A stretch of DNA of 64,000 nt, taken from Phycisphaerales bacterium. Lineage in GTDB: Bacteria > Planctomycetota > Phycisphaerae > Phycisphaerales > UBA1924. The notes under the pieces were generated by a model, which was not told the DNA's origin, did not search any database, and worked only from the letters and a program-made list of their open reading frames with translations. Within the stretch, counting starts at the first letter, position 1. Each line of letters starts with the position of its first letter. A program made the translations under genes and the position numbers. Below, piece by piece: positions 18,739 to 28,889 of this stretch. The DNA lies in the NCBI GenBank assembly GCA_007693785.1, contig RECY01000034.1:5627-69626 (forward strand). Direction: 5' to 3'.

Positions 18739-18903
18739 AGCCGGTTCCTCTTCTAGAGCTTCGACGCGGGACCTATCGCCTGGCCCCCGCGGCCTGTCCG
18801 CGATACGGACGCCCGAACCCGAAAGCCGGGCCCGCAGCAGGGGGAGCGAAGGGTAGTCGCCTGACGGGCGGCTGTCCTGCCTTCCAAGATCGGATTGCTG
18901 GGC

Positions 18904-19926
18904 TCATTCCCCGCCCGGCTCGCCCCGTCGTCGTTCCACGCGGACGCGGACCAGGGCGTCCTCCACTTCGAACCGCAGCGGGCTCGGGAGGCTCGCGAAC
19001 CGGGCGGCGAAGGTCGCTTCGCCGCCTTCGCGGGCCGCTCGCTCGAGCTCGTCCACGCTCAGCTCCAGCGTCCCGGTGATACGGGTTTCCCCGGTCCGGA
19101 TCCGCTCGATCTCCTCCACGGGCCCCGTCACGGTCACGTCCCGCAGGAAGGGGTCCTGCGGGATCACCAGCCAGTCGTTGAACGCGACGGCCGCCACTTT
19201 GACGTGGACCGGGACCGTCGGGAGCTCGATCGAGGCCGTGCGGCTTCGCAGCGTGAGCGCCACGCCCACCGAGCCGGGCTCGAACCGGATCGGGTTCGCG
19301 TCGGCCAGATCCGGGGGCAGCTCCACCGCCACGTTCCCCAGCACCTGACGCCGACCCGCCTCCAGCCCGCGCAACCGATCCGCGCTCACCCGTGCGATCG
19401 CGAACGCCTCGGCCGACAACGCCTCAGCGAACGACGCCGGCATCTCCACGCGCACCGTCGAGGGGTTCACCTCCAGCGAACCCTCGACCTGGCCCTCCGG
19501 CAGCTCAACCCGCACCGGGAGCTCCCGCTCCACCAGCGTCCCCACCAGAACGCGGACGGTCGCAGGGTCGAGGTCGGCGATCGTGACGCCGATGCCGCGG
19601 AAGGCTTCGCTCTCGCGCAGGGCGGCGCGGAGGTCGAGCACGTGCTCGCCCGGCGCGCCCGGGAGGTCGACGCCGCCCGTCAGGCGGATGGGGCCCCGGA
19701 TCGCTTCGAGCAGCGTGTCGACCGCGGTGTTGGACCCGTCGATCCGGGTGCGGACCGTTCCCGTCCACCCGCTGTCGAGGACCTGGATGTACCTGGTCGG
19801 CGCGCCCTCGTCGAAGCGGACGTCGAGGTCCATCGTCTGCGTGCGGACGCTCTGCCCCTCGGCAAAAGCCCAGATCAGCACCGCGATGACGGTCGTCAGC
19901 ACGATGACACGGAACCGGTCAGCCAT
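18904..19926 (-). CDS. cdaR: YbbR-domain protein (CdaR-like regulator of diadenylate cyclase)
   Basis: N-terminal TM helix followed by repeated beta-rich YbbR-like modules. Overlaps the cdaA stop by 8 nt, which is the canonical cdaA-cdaR arrangement. Confidence 0.65.
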   Translation of the reverse strand: MADRFRVIVLTTVIAVLIWAFAEGQSVRTQTMDLDVRFDEGAPTRYIQVLDSGWTGTVRTRIDGSNTAVDTLLEAIRGPIRLTGGVDLPGAPGEHVLDLRAALRESEAFRGIGVTIADLDPATVRVLVGTLVERELPVRVELPEGQVEGSLEVNPSTVRVEMPASFAEALSAEAFAIARVSADRLRGLEAGRRQVLGNVAVELPPDLADANPIRFEPGSVGVALTLRSRTASIELPTVPVHVKVAAVAFNDWLVIPQDPFLRDVTVTGPVEEIERIRTGETRITGTLELSVDELERAAREGGEATFAARFASLPSPLRFEVEDALVRVRVERRRGEPGGE

Positions 19927-20914
19927 CGCGCCCTCCCCCCCCGCCGCCGCTCCCGGCCAGCCCGCCGGGGGAGGCCCGCGAGGCCCGGTTCGACGCCTTG
20001 TCGCTCGCCTTAGCGGGCGACGCGTGATCGTCGTCGGCGTTGTCGTTCAGACGGGCTTCGGCCATCGCCTCGGCTTCGGCGTCCGCGTCGGCGGCGCTCT
20101 CGCCCGCGGCCGGGGGCACCTTCGCCAGACGCGAGCTCAGCTCCTTCTTCAATTCCGCGGCCTGGAAGCCCGGGGTCAGACGCCCGCGCTCGGCGAGGCG
20201 GATCAGCCCCGTCTCCTCGCTGATCACCACCACGATCGCATCGCATTCCTTGGTCAGGCCGACGGCGGCCCGGTGCCGACTGCCCAATTGCCGGTCCGGC
20301 ATGTCCTCCGGGTCCGCGAGGGGGAGTTGCACGTTGGCCGCGTGGATGACCTTCCCGCGGACGACGACCGCCAGGTCGTGCAGAGCCGAGCCGGGGAAGA
20401 AGATCGTCTGGAGCAAGGGGGCCGAGAGACGGGCGTTCATCCGCGTCCCGCCTTCGAGCAGGGAATCGAGCCCGGCCTGACGCTCGAGCACGATCAGCGC
20501 ACCGAAACGGGCCCGCGCGAGGTACTGGGCGGCCTCCACGATCGGCTCGACCACCTCGGCAATCTCGCTCGGGCTCCGCTTGAAGATCGGGCGCTCGCCG
20601 AGGCGGATCAACGCCCGTCGCAGCTCCGGCTGGAAGAGCACGACCAGGCCGATCGCGACGATCTGCAGCAGGCGGTCGAACAGCAGGCCGATCCGGGTGA
20701 AGGTCTGCCCCCCGCCGAGCAGCCAGACCAGCGTCGCGAAGACGACGAAGATCAGGAGCACGCCCTTGAGCGCCCCGGCCGCCCGGGTGCCCTGGGCGAA
20801 TTTCACGATGAAGTAGACCGCGATCCAGATGACCGAGAGCTCGATCGCGACTTCCCACCAGGCGTAGCTGGGGAGGCGATCGAAGAGGTCTTGGATGTGG
20901 CGAAAGACGTTCAC
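19919..20914 (-). CDS. cdaA: diadenylate cyclase CdaA (c-di-AMP synthase)
   Basis: Three N-terminal TM helices plus a DAC domain: GALIVLERQ, LHDLAVVV (DGA position), GSRHRAAVGL and VISEETG. Confidence 0.85.
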   Translation of the reverse strand: MNVFRHIQDLFDRLPSYAWWEVAIELSVIWIAVYFIVKFAQGTRAAGALKGVLLIFVVFATLVWLLGGGQTFTRIGLLFDRLLQIVAIGLVVLFQPELRRALIRLGERPIFKRSPSEIAEVVEPIVEAAQYLARARFGALIVLERQAGLDSLLEGGTRMNARLSAPLLQTIFFPGSALHDLAVVVRGKVIHAANVQLPLADPEDMPDRQLGSRHRAAVGLTKECDAIVVVISEETGLIRLAERGRLTPGFQAAELKKELSSRLAKVPPAAGESAADADAEAEAMAEARLNDNADDDHASPAKASDKASNRASRASPGGLAGSGGGGGGRDG

Positions 20915-21008
20915 GACGCTTTTGTTTGCTTTCTGAACGGTTTTTCCGGCACGGGCGCGGCGCAGCCTCCAATATTAGGAGTCTACCGAGCGATACCATC
21001 GCCCCGCG

Positions 21009-21275
21009 ATGGCGTACCGCGTGACAAAGTTTGAGTCGACGCCGAACCCGAACGCGTTGAAGTGCCTGGTGGAGCCGAGCCCGGGCCCGACGCCGCGGAG
21101 CTATTTCGACGCCGCCTCGGCCGCGGGGGACCCGCTGGGCGAAGCGCTTTTCGCGATCGACGGCGTGACCAACGTGCTCATCCACACCGCGTTCATCACG
21201 GTCTGCAAACGCCCGGATCGGGCGTGGGGGGCGATGAAAAAAGCGATCGAGCGGGTGCTTCGTGACGCGGCGTGA
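21009..21275 (+). CDS. Nfu/NifU N-terminal-domain protein (Fe-S scaffold-like)
   Basis: TPNPNALKCLV...DGVTNVLIHTAFITVCK pattern of the Nfu_N domain. Confidence 0.65.
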   Translation: MAYRVTKFESTPNPNALKCLVEPSPGPTPRSYFDAASAAGDPLGEALFAIDGVTNVLIHTAFITVCKRPDRAWGAMKKAIERVLRDAA

Positions 21276-22398
21276 GGCGAACGTGCGCACGTCCCGCGCG
21301 CTCGAGGCTTGGTTCAGCACGAACGCGCGGGCGCTCCCGTGGCGTGTGTCGGGGGCGGGCGGGATGCGCCGGGAGGCGTGGGCGTCGCTGGTGAGCGAGC
21401 TGATGGCGCAGCAGACGCAGATCTCGCGGGCTGCGGAGAAGTTTGTGCCGTTTATGGCGCGCTACCCGACCCCGACGGCTCTCGCCGACAGCGCCGACGC
21501 GCCCGGGGGTGAGGACGAGGTCCGGGCGCTCTGGCAGGGGCTGGGTTACTACCGGCGGGCGCGTCTTCTGATTGAGGCGGCCCGCGCGATCCGCGATCGG
21601 CACGCGGGCGTCACGCCGACGGACGCGGAGGCGCTGCGGGCGCTGCCCGGGGTGGGGCCGTACACCGCCGGGGCGGTGGCGTCGATGGCGGGGGACCGAC
21701 CGGAGCCGCTGGTGGACGGGAACGTCGCGCGGGTGCTGCTCCGCCTGCACGCGCCGGCAGAGGTGCCCCACCAGCCGGCGGACCGCGCGACGCAGAAATG
21801 GCTGTGGCGCGAGGCGCGCGCGCTGGCCGAGGCGGCCCGCAGCCCTGGAGACACGAACGAGGCGTTGATGGAGCTCGGCGCAACGGTCTGCACGCCGCGG
21901 AACCCGCGTTGCCTGCACTGCCCGCTCTCGGGCAGCTGCCGGGCGCTCGCGACGGGGCGTGCTGAGTCGATCCCGGAGCCGAAGCCGCGGGCGACGAGGC
22001 GGGAGCTGTTCGCGACGACGCTGATCGTGCGCGATGCGCGCGGGCGCGTGCTGCTGGAGCGGCGTGCGAGCAAGGGGCTGTGGGCGGACCTCTGGCAAGC
22101 GCCGACGGATGAACGCGACGGGATGGACGATCTGGCCGACGCCGGCGCGGCCTTGTGCGCACGCCTCGGGCTGCGCCGAGGGCGGGCGGTTGAAGAGTTG
22201 GGCGCGTTCGAGTTTCAGACGACGCATCGGCGTGTGCGGTTCCGCGTGCTCGGCGTGCGCACGGCGCTGAGCGCGGGCGACGCCGAGCGGCTGACGAAGG
22301 GTGGCTGGCGGTGGGCCGAGGGGACGGCACTGTCGGGGTTGATCGCGGGTCGGGCGCAGCGATTGGCGCTGGAGGCCGGGGGTGTGGGGGTGGATTGA
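21262..22398 (+). CDS. mutY: A/G-specific adenine DNA glycosylase
   Basis: LPWR, SELMAQQTQ, GLGYYRRAR, HhH-GPD (LPGVGPYTAGAVASMA) and the 4Fe-4S Cys cluster CTPRNPRCLHCPLSGSC. GTG start overlaps the preceding gene by 14 nt. Confidence 0.85.
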   Translation: MTRREANVRTSRALEAWFSTNARALPWRVSGAGGMRREAWASLVSELMAQQTQISRAAEKFVPFMARYPTPTALADSADAPGGEDEVRALWQGLGYYRRARLLIEAARAIRDRHAGVTPTDAEALRALPGVGPYTAGAVASMAGDRPEPLVDGNVARVLLRLHAPAEVPHQPADRATQKWLWREARALAEAARSPGDTNEALMELGATVCTPRNPRCLHCPLSGSCRALATGRAESIPEPKPRATRRELFATTLIVRDARGRVLLERRASKGLWADLWQAPTDERDGMDDLADAGAALCARLGLRRGRAVEELGAFEFQTTHRRVRFRVLGVRTALSAGDAERLTKGGWRWAEGTALSGLIAGRAQRLALEAGGVGVD

Positions 22399-22413
22399 CG
22401 GGATGTGCTCGAT

Positions 22414-22680
22414 GTGCCACTGACCTTGCTGCAAGGTCCGTGCTTCCTGGCCTTCTCCCTCTTCGATGCTCTTTTTATGTTGTGCGTTTTGGAGTGAGAG
22501 GGGTGTTGGAGAAAGGAGGAGGGGAGCCCGGAGCACTGACCTCTCGGAAGAGGTCAGTGGCACATGGGATCGGCGCTCCGGATCTGGCCTTTGGCCCTTG
22601 GTGCTTTTGGCGATTTCCTCCCGGACCTCCTCCGTCGGCTATGCCGACACCTCCCCCGCTGGAGCGGGGGAGGGCAGGGG
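22414..22680. repeat. nested-palindrome intergenic repeat, copy 2 (150-bp core 22414-22563 plus a ~115-nt tail)
   Basis: GTGCCACTGACCTT...AGAGGTCAGTGGCAC. Right hairpin is CACTGACCTCT-cgga-AGAGGTCAGTG (22534-22559). Tail hairpins at 22634-22648 and 22650-22673. Confidence 0.85.
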
Positions 22681-22712
22681 GAGCGCGTCGGTGGGCGCAT
22701 ACGCTTTTGTTC

Positions 22713-23459
22713 ATGCGTCTGGTCGTGGTCATCCCGGTGTACAACGAGGCGGCGTTGCTCGAGCGCGCCATCGCGCGGCTCGAGGCGACGCCCGCGCTCC
22801 CCGGCGGCGAGCGCGTGGAGCGGGTGCTCGTGCTCGTGGACGACGGCTCGACCGACGGGTCCACCGAGCTTGTGCGCGCGATGGAGGGTGCTGGGCGTGC
22901 GCACGCCGTGGTGCATGCGCGGAACCGGGGCAAGGGGGCCGCGCTGCGGACGGGGTTTCAGAAGGCGATGGAGCTCGGGGCGGACGTGGTGCTGGTGCAG
23001 GACGCGGACCTGGAGTACGACCCGGCGGACCACGGCGCGGTGCTCGCGCCGATCCTCGATGGGCGTGCGGACGCGGTAATCGGCAGCCGCTTTATTGGGA
23101 CGACGCACCGCGTGCTGTACTACTGGCACTTCCTCGCGAACCGGTTCATCACGCTGTGCAGCAACGCGCTGACGAACCTGAACCTGAGCGACATCGAGTG
23201 CTGCTCGAAGGCGATGACGCGGGCGGCGCTCGAGCGGATCACGATCGAGGAAGACCGCTTCGGCGTGGAGCCGGAGCTGGTCGCGAAGCTCGCACGCCTG
23301 CGCCTGCCGGACGAGCGCGACGCGGCCCGGGTGCGCCAGACGCGGATCTACGAAGTGGCCGTGAGCTACGCGGGGCGGACGTACGAGGAGGGGAAAAAGA
23401 TCACCTGGCGCGACGGCGTGCGCGCGCTGGTGTGCATCGTGAAGTACAACCTGCGGTGA
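22713..23459 (+). CDS. family 2 glycosyltransferase (polyprenol-phosphate sugar transferase-like)
   Basis: ATG at 22713. VVIPVYNEA, VDDGSTDGS, RNRGKGAA and QDADLEYDP motifs. Confidence 0.85.
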   Translation: MRLVVVIPVYNEAALLERAIARLEATPALPGGERVERVLVLVDDGSTDGSTELVRAMEGAGRAHAVVHARNRGKGAALRTGFQKAMELGADVVLVQDADLEYDPADHGAVLAPILDGRADAVIGSRFIGTTHRVLYYWHFLANRFITLCSNALTNLNLSDIECCSKAMTRAALERITIEEDRFGVEPELVAKLARLRLPDERDAARVRQTRIYEVAVSYAGRTYEEGKKITWRDGVRALVCIVKYNLR

Positions 23460-23478
23460 GAGACACGGAGCACGAGAT

Positions 23479-23725
23479 GTACCACTGACCTTGTCCGCAA
23501 GGTCAGTGCTTCCGCCTCTACCCCTTCTTTCCTGCTCTGGGTGCTTGGGGTGGGAGGAGCATGGGAGAAAGAGAGAGGGGGCCCGGAGCACTGACCTCTC
23601 GGAAGAGGTCAGTGGCACATCCGGATGTGGCGCTTTGGCCCTTTGTGGTTTTGGAGATGTTCCGCCGGCCCCCTCCGTCGGCTTCGCCGACACCTCCCCC
23701 GCCGGGGCGGGGGAGGGCAGAAAGG
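23479..23725. repeat. nested-palindrome intergenic repeat, copy 3 (140-bp core 23479-23618 plus a ~105-nt tail)
   Basis: GTACCACTGACCTT-gtccgc-AAGGTCAGTG on the left. The right hairpin (23589-23614) is identical to that of copy 2. Tail hairpins at 23677-23691 and 23693-23716. Confidence 0.85.
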
Positions 23726-23739
23726 GGCGCCGTCCGTGT

Positions 23740-24225
23740 TTACGGGTTATCGCGGACGACTTTTTCGATCACGATCGGCTCGACGGGGACGTCGCCGTGC
23801 CCGGCCCGGGTGGTGGTCTTGACTTTCTTGATCTGATCGACGACGTCCATGCCCTCGATGACCTCGCCGAAGACGGCGTATGCGGCGCCGTCGGGCTGCT
23901 TCTGATCGAGGAAGGCGTTGTCGTTAACGTTGATGAAGAACTGGTTGCTCGCCGAGTCGGGGTCGCCGCCGATGCGGGCCATCGCGACGGCGCCGCGTTT
24001 GTTGTTGAGGTTGTTGGTCCACTCGTTCTTGATGGTCTTGTTGCCCTGGCGCTGGTCCATGTCGGTGGTGAAGGCGCCGCCCTGGATCATGAAGCCGTCG
24101 ATGACGCGGTGGAAGATGGTGCCGTCGTAGGCACCGGCGTCGACATAGCTCAGGAAGTTGTCGGTGCTGATGGGGGCTTCGTCGCGGTTGAGTTCGAGGA
24201 CGATGTCGCCCTTGCTGGTGGTCAT
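23740..24225 (-). CDS. ppiB: cyclophilin-type peptidyl-prolyl cis-trans isomerase
   Basis: FHRVIDGFMIQGG, GAVAMAR...PDSASNQFFIN and VFGEVIEGMDVVD. ATG at 24225; the rest of the 682-aa track ORF is shadow. Confidence 0.9.
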   Translation of the reverse strand: MTTSKGDIVLELNRDEAPISTDNFLSYVDAGAYDGTIFHRVIDGFMIQGGAFTTDMDQRQGNKTIKNEWTNNLNNKRGAVAMARIGGDPDSASNQFFINVNDNAFLDQKQPDGAAYAVFGEVIEGMDVVDQIKKVKTTTRAGHGDVPVEPIVIEKVVRDNP

Positions 24226-24369
24226 GCGGACGCGCACGGGTGTTCTCCTTCCGTGTGGGACAAGATCGGCCCGCCGCGGGGCGGGCGTTCGCGGGATGCT
24301 ACGCGCCCCGTGCGCGCGAATGATGACCCACGGGGGCCCGACATCGGAACCAAGAGAAAGGACCCGTTC

Positions 24370-25305
24370 ATGCCGATCCTCACCGAGCGACGCCGATTCG
24401 GGCGCACAAACCTGCACGTTTCCCCCGTCGGCTTCGGCGGCGCGCCGATCGGCTTTCTCGAAACCGAGCGCGAGCGCACCGCGCAAACGCTCAACACGCT
24501 GCTCGACGAGGGGATGAACCTCATTGACACGGCCGCGATGTACCGCGGCTCCGAGGCCCTCATCGGCGAGACCATCGGGCACCGACGCGACGACTACGTC
24601 CTCGTCACCAAGTGCGGCACCGAAGTGCCGGACTTGGCGCACAAAGCGTGGACGCCCGAGCTCGTCGCCGCGACTATTGACCGCGCGCTGCGGAACCTGA
24701 AGACCGACTATCTCGACGTGATGCTGCTGCACTCGTGCGAGATTGAAACATTCCGCAAGGGCGAGGCGCTCGGGGCGCTGGTCGACGCGAAGCGCGCGGG
24801 CAAGGTGCGCCATGTCGGGTACTCCGGGGATAACGAGGCCGGCGCGGAGGCGGCGCAGCACCCGGAGGTCGAGGTGATCCAGACCTCGCTGAACATCTGC
24901 GATCAGCGGAACGCGGAGCTGGTGCTGCCGGTGTGCCGGGCGCACGACGTGGGCGTGATGGTCAAGCGCCCGATCGCGAACGCGGCGTGGAAGCAGCCGG
25001 ACGAGCAGCCGGGCATGTACCGCGACTACGCGAGCGAGTACCACCGCCGCTTCGGGCTGATGGGGCTGCGCCTTGAGGACTTCGACGACGACGTGCAAGA
25101 GGGCGGCTGGGCGGAGCTGGCGCTGCGGTTCACGCTGAGCTCCGAGGGCGTGGGGACGGCGATCATCGGGACGACCAACCCGTCGAACGCGCTGGCGAAC
25201 CTGCGTGCGGCCGCGAAGGGCCCGCTTTCGAAGGCGGCGCTCGAGCGGATCCATCAGGCGTTCGGCTCGGCCCAGGGCGGCGAGGCGTGGGAAGGGCGGA
25301 CCTGA
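24370..25305 (+). CDS. aldo/keto reductase
   Basis: ATG at 24370. GFGGAPIG, IDTAAMYRGSE, DYLDVMLLH and IIGTTNPSN. Confidence 0.85.
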   Translation: MPILTERRRFGRTNLHVSPVGFGGAPIGFLETERERTAQTLNTLLDEGMNLIDTAAMYRGSEALIGETIGHRRDDYVLVTKCGTEVPDLAHKAWTPELVAATIDRALRNLKTDYLDVMLLHSCEIETFRKGEALGALVDAKRAGKVRHVGYSGDNEAGAEAAQHPEVEVIQTSLNICDQRNAELVLPVCRAHDVGVMVKRPIANAAWKQPDEQPGMYRDYASEYHRRFGLMGLRLEDFDDDVQEGGWAELALRFTLSSEGVGTAIIGTTNPSNALANLRAAAKGPLSKAALERIHQAFGSAQGGEAWEGRT

Positions 25306-25339
25306 GCCGTCGGGCCGGGGTGTGCGCGGGCGGCAGGCT

Positions 25340-26578
25340 TTAGAACTCGATCTGGAAAGCGGCGAAGAGGGTGCCGTAGTCGTCCGAGCCCACCTGCCCG
25401 TTGAACTCACGGGAGGTGAAGGTGACGGCGTAGCCGAGGTCGAGCTTGCCGAGTCGCCCGGCGAGGCCGATCTGGATCTCTCCGGTGACGTTTCGTTTAT
25501 CAACGCTTCTGGAGTTGCTCCAGACGTTGCCGTCGAGGAAAACGTCGTGGACTTTGAAGGTGGCGCCGACGCGTCCGAAGGCGTAAAGGCCCCAGTCGTT
25601 GCCGGAGCCGTCGCCCCATCCGCCGGCGACGTCTCGGAAGCCGGAGATGCGTGTGGGCGGGCCGAAGTCGTCGGGGAGGTTGTAGCCGACGCGGAGGGTC
25701 GCGCCGGTTTCGACGCCGGTGCGGACGGTGCCGAGACGCGCGCCGAGCTCGGGGATGATCTCGCCCGAGAGATCGCCGAGGCTGACACGCGGGGTGCGCC
25801 AGCGCCGGACCCAGGTCGCGTTGATGGTGGGCTCGTCGTTGAGTTGTTTGGGCCATCCCCGGGGTTTGAGCTGCTGAGGGACGGCCGAGTGGATGAACTC
25901 CTGGATCGCCTGCGCCCCGCTGAGGGGACCGAGCACGCCGAGCTCGATCGCGACGTGATCGAGCTTGTGGCGATCGGACCGCTGCCCGTAGAAGGTCAGC
26001 CCGAGGTGCCCGGCGTAGGGGCGATCACTCCGGGGTGGATCAGGGTCGCGGATGTCGCGTCCGGTGTACATGAGCTGGGTGAGCGAGAGGCCGCCGGCGA
26101 AACGCGGGTTGTCGAACTGTCCGATGCCCGGGAGGGCGGACATGAGGTCGGGGAGAAAGCCCCCGCGGAAGCCGAGGTCGATCTTGAGCCCGTTGGTGTA
26201 GTGGCGGTCGGTCTCGGCGATGGGTTTGACGTAGGCGCCGTCGTTCTCCCACCAGATGCTGAAGGCGACGGGTCGGAGCGGGCCGTGCGGGGCGTCGAGG
26301 TGCTGCTGGAGGGGTGAGGGCGTGTCGGTCTGGGCGGCGGCGTGGTCGGGGGTGCTCCGCGCCACGAGCCCGGTCGGCCCGGGCCAGACACCCGAAGCGG
26401 TCGCGCTCGGGGGGGCGAGCAAGGCGAGCGACAGGCACGCCGCCACGCCAGGGCGCGCTCGTGAACGACCGGCTGCTCGGCTCAAGGGTTGGTCCCCATC
26501 CGTCGCGTCCCCGATCCCGGTCTCGCCCCGCGCCGGGCCCGTCGTCGCCCGTGCGCTCCCGCGTCGCGCCCGGAACAA
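25340..26578 (-). CDS. lpxR: lipid A deacylase LpxR-family outer-membrane protein
   Basis: ENDGAYV...TDRHYTNGLKI, SDRPYAGHLGL and a C-terminal beta-barrel ending in ...AAFQIEF. The true start is probably internal, near the signal peptide AACLSLALLAPPSATA. Confidence 0.65.
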   Translation of the reverse strand: MFRARRGSARATTGPARGETGIGDATDGDQPLSRAAGRSRARPGVAACLSLALLAPPSATASGVWPGPTGLVARSTPDHAAAQTDTPSPLQQHLDAPHGPLRPVAFSIWWENDGAYVKPIAETDRHYTNGLKIDLGFRGGFLPDLMSALPGIGQFDNPRFAGGLSLTQLMYTGRDIRDPDPPRSDRPYAGHLGLTFYGQRSDRHKLDHVAIELGVLGPLSGAQAIQEFIHSAVPQQLKPRGWPKQLNDEPTINATWVRRWRTPRVSLGDLSGEIIPELGARLGTVRTGVETGATLRVGYNLPDDFGPPTRISGFRDVAGGWGDGSGNDWGLYAFGRVGATFKVHDVFLDGNVWSNSRSVDKRNVTGEIQIGLAGRLGKLDLGYAVTFTSREFNGQVGSDDYGTLFAAFQIEF

Positions 26579-26607
26579 TTCCGAGCGTGGCCCGGGAGAG
26601 TACCCGC

Positions 26608-28773
<2,166 letters not shown>

Positions 28774-28823
28774 CGGGCGGCCTCCGTTCATGGGGCCGTC
28801 CAGCATAGACCGGGGCGCGCCAT

Positions 28824-28851
28824 AACGACAAACCGGGGCGAACCGCCCCGG
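28824..28851 (-). terminator. intrinsic terminator after pilB
   Basis: Minus strand reads CCGGGGCG-gtt-CGCCCCGG followed by TTTGTCGTT. It lies 39 nt after the stop at 28890. Confidence 0.55.
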
Positions 28852-28889
28852 CTGTCGATCCCCCGGAATCCGTGCCAATCCGAAAGCGG

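Noticed and set aside
22414-23725. Integron attC sites flanking a gene cassette, as an explanation for the palindromic repeats around the GT2 gene.
   Set aside because: The ends (GTGCCAC / GTGGCAC) do not match the attC R'/R'' core (GTTRRRY / RYYYAAC). No intI or attI is present. The four copies are dispersed rather than forming a contiguous cassette array.
23740-25788. N-terminally extended versions of real genes as listed in the ORF track (682-aa ppiB ORF; 40158..41435; 26608..29136; 14726..16099; 49169..50512; 33159..34640; 22311..23459; 23491..25305).
   Set aside because: The extensions are low-complexity, overlap neighbouring genes or repeats, and lack a ribosome binding site. Internal starts with an RBS or a 4-nt overlap give proteins of family-typical length.
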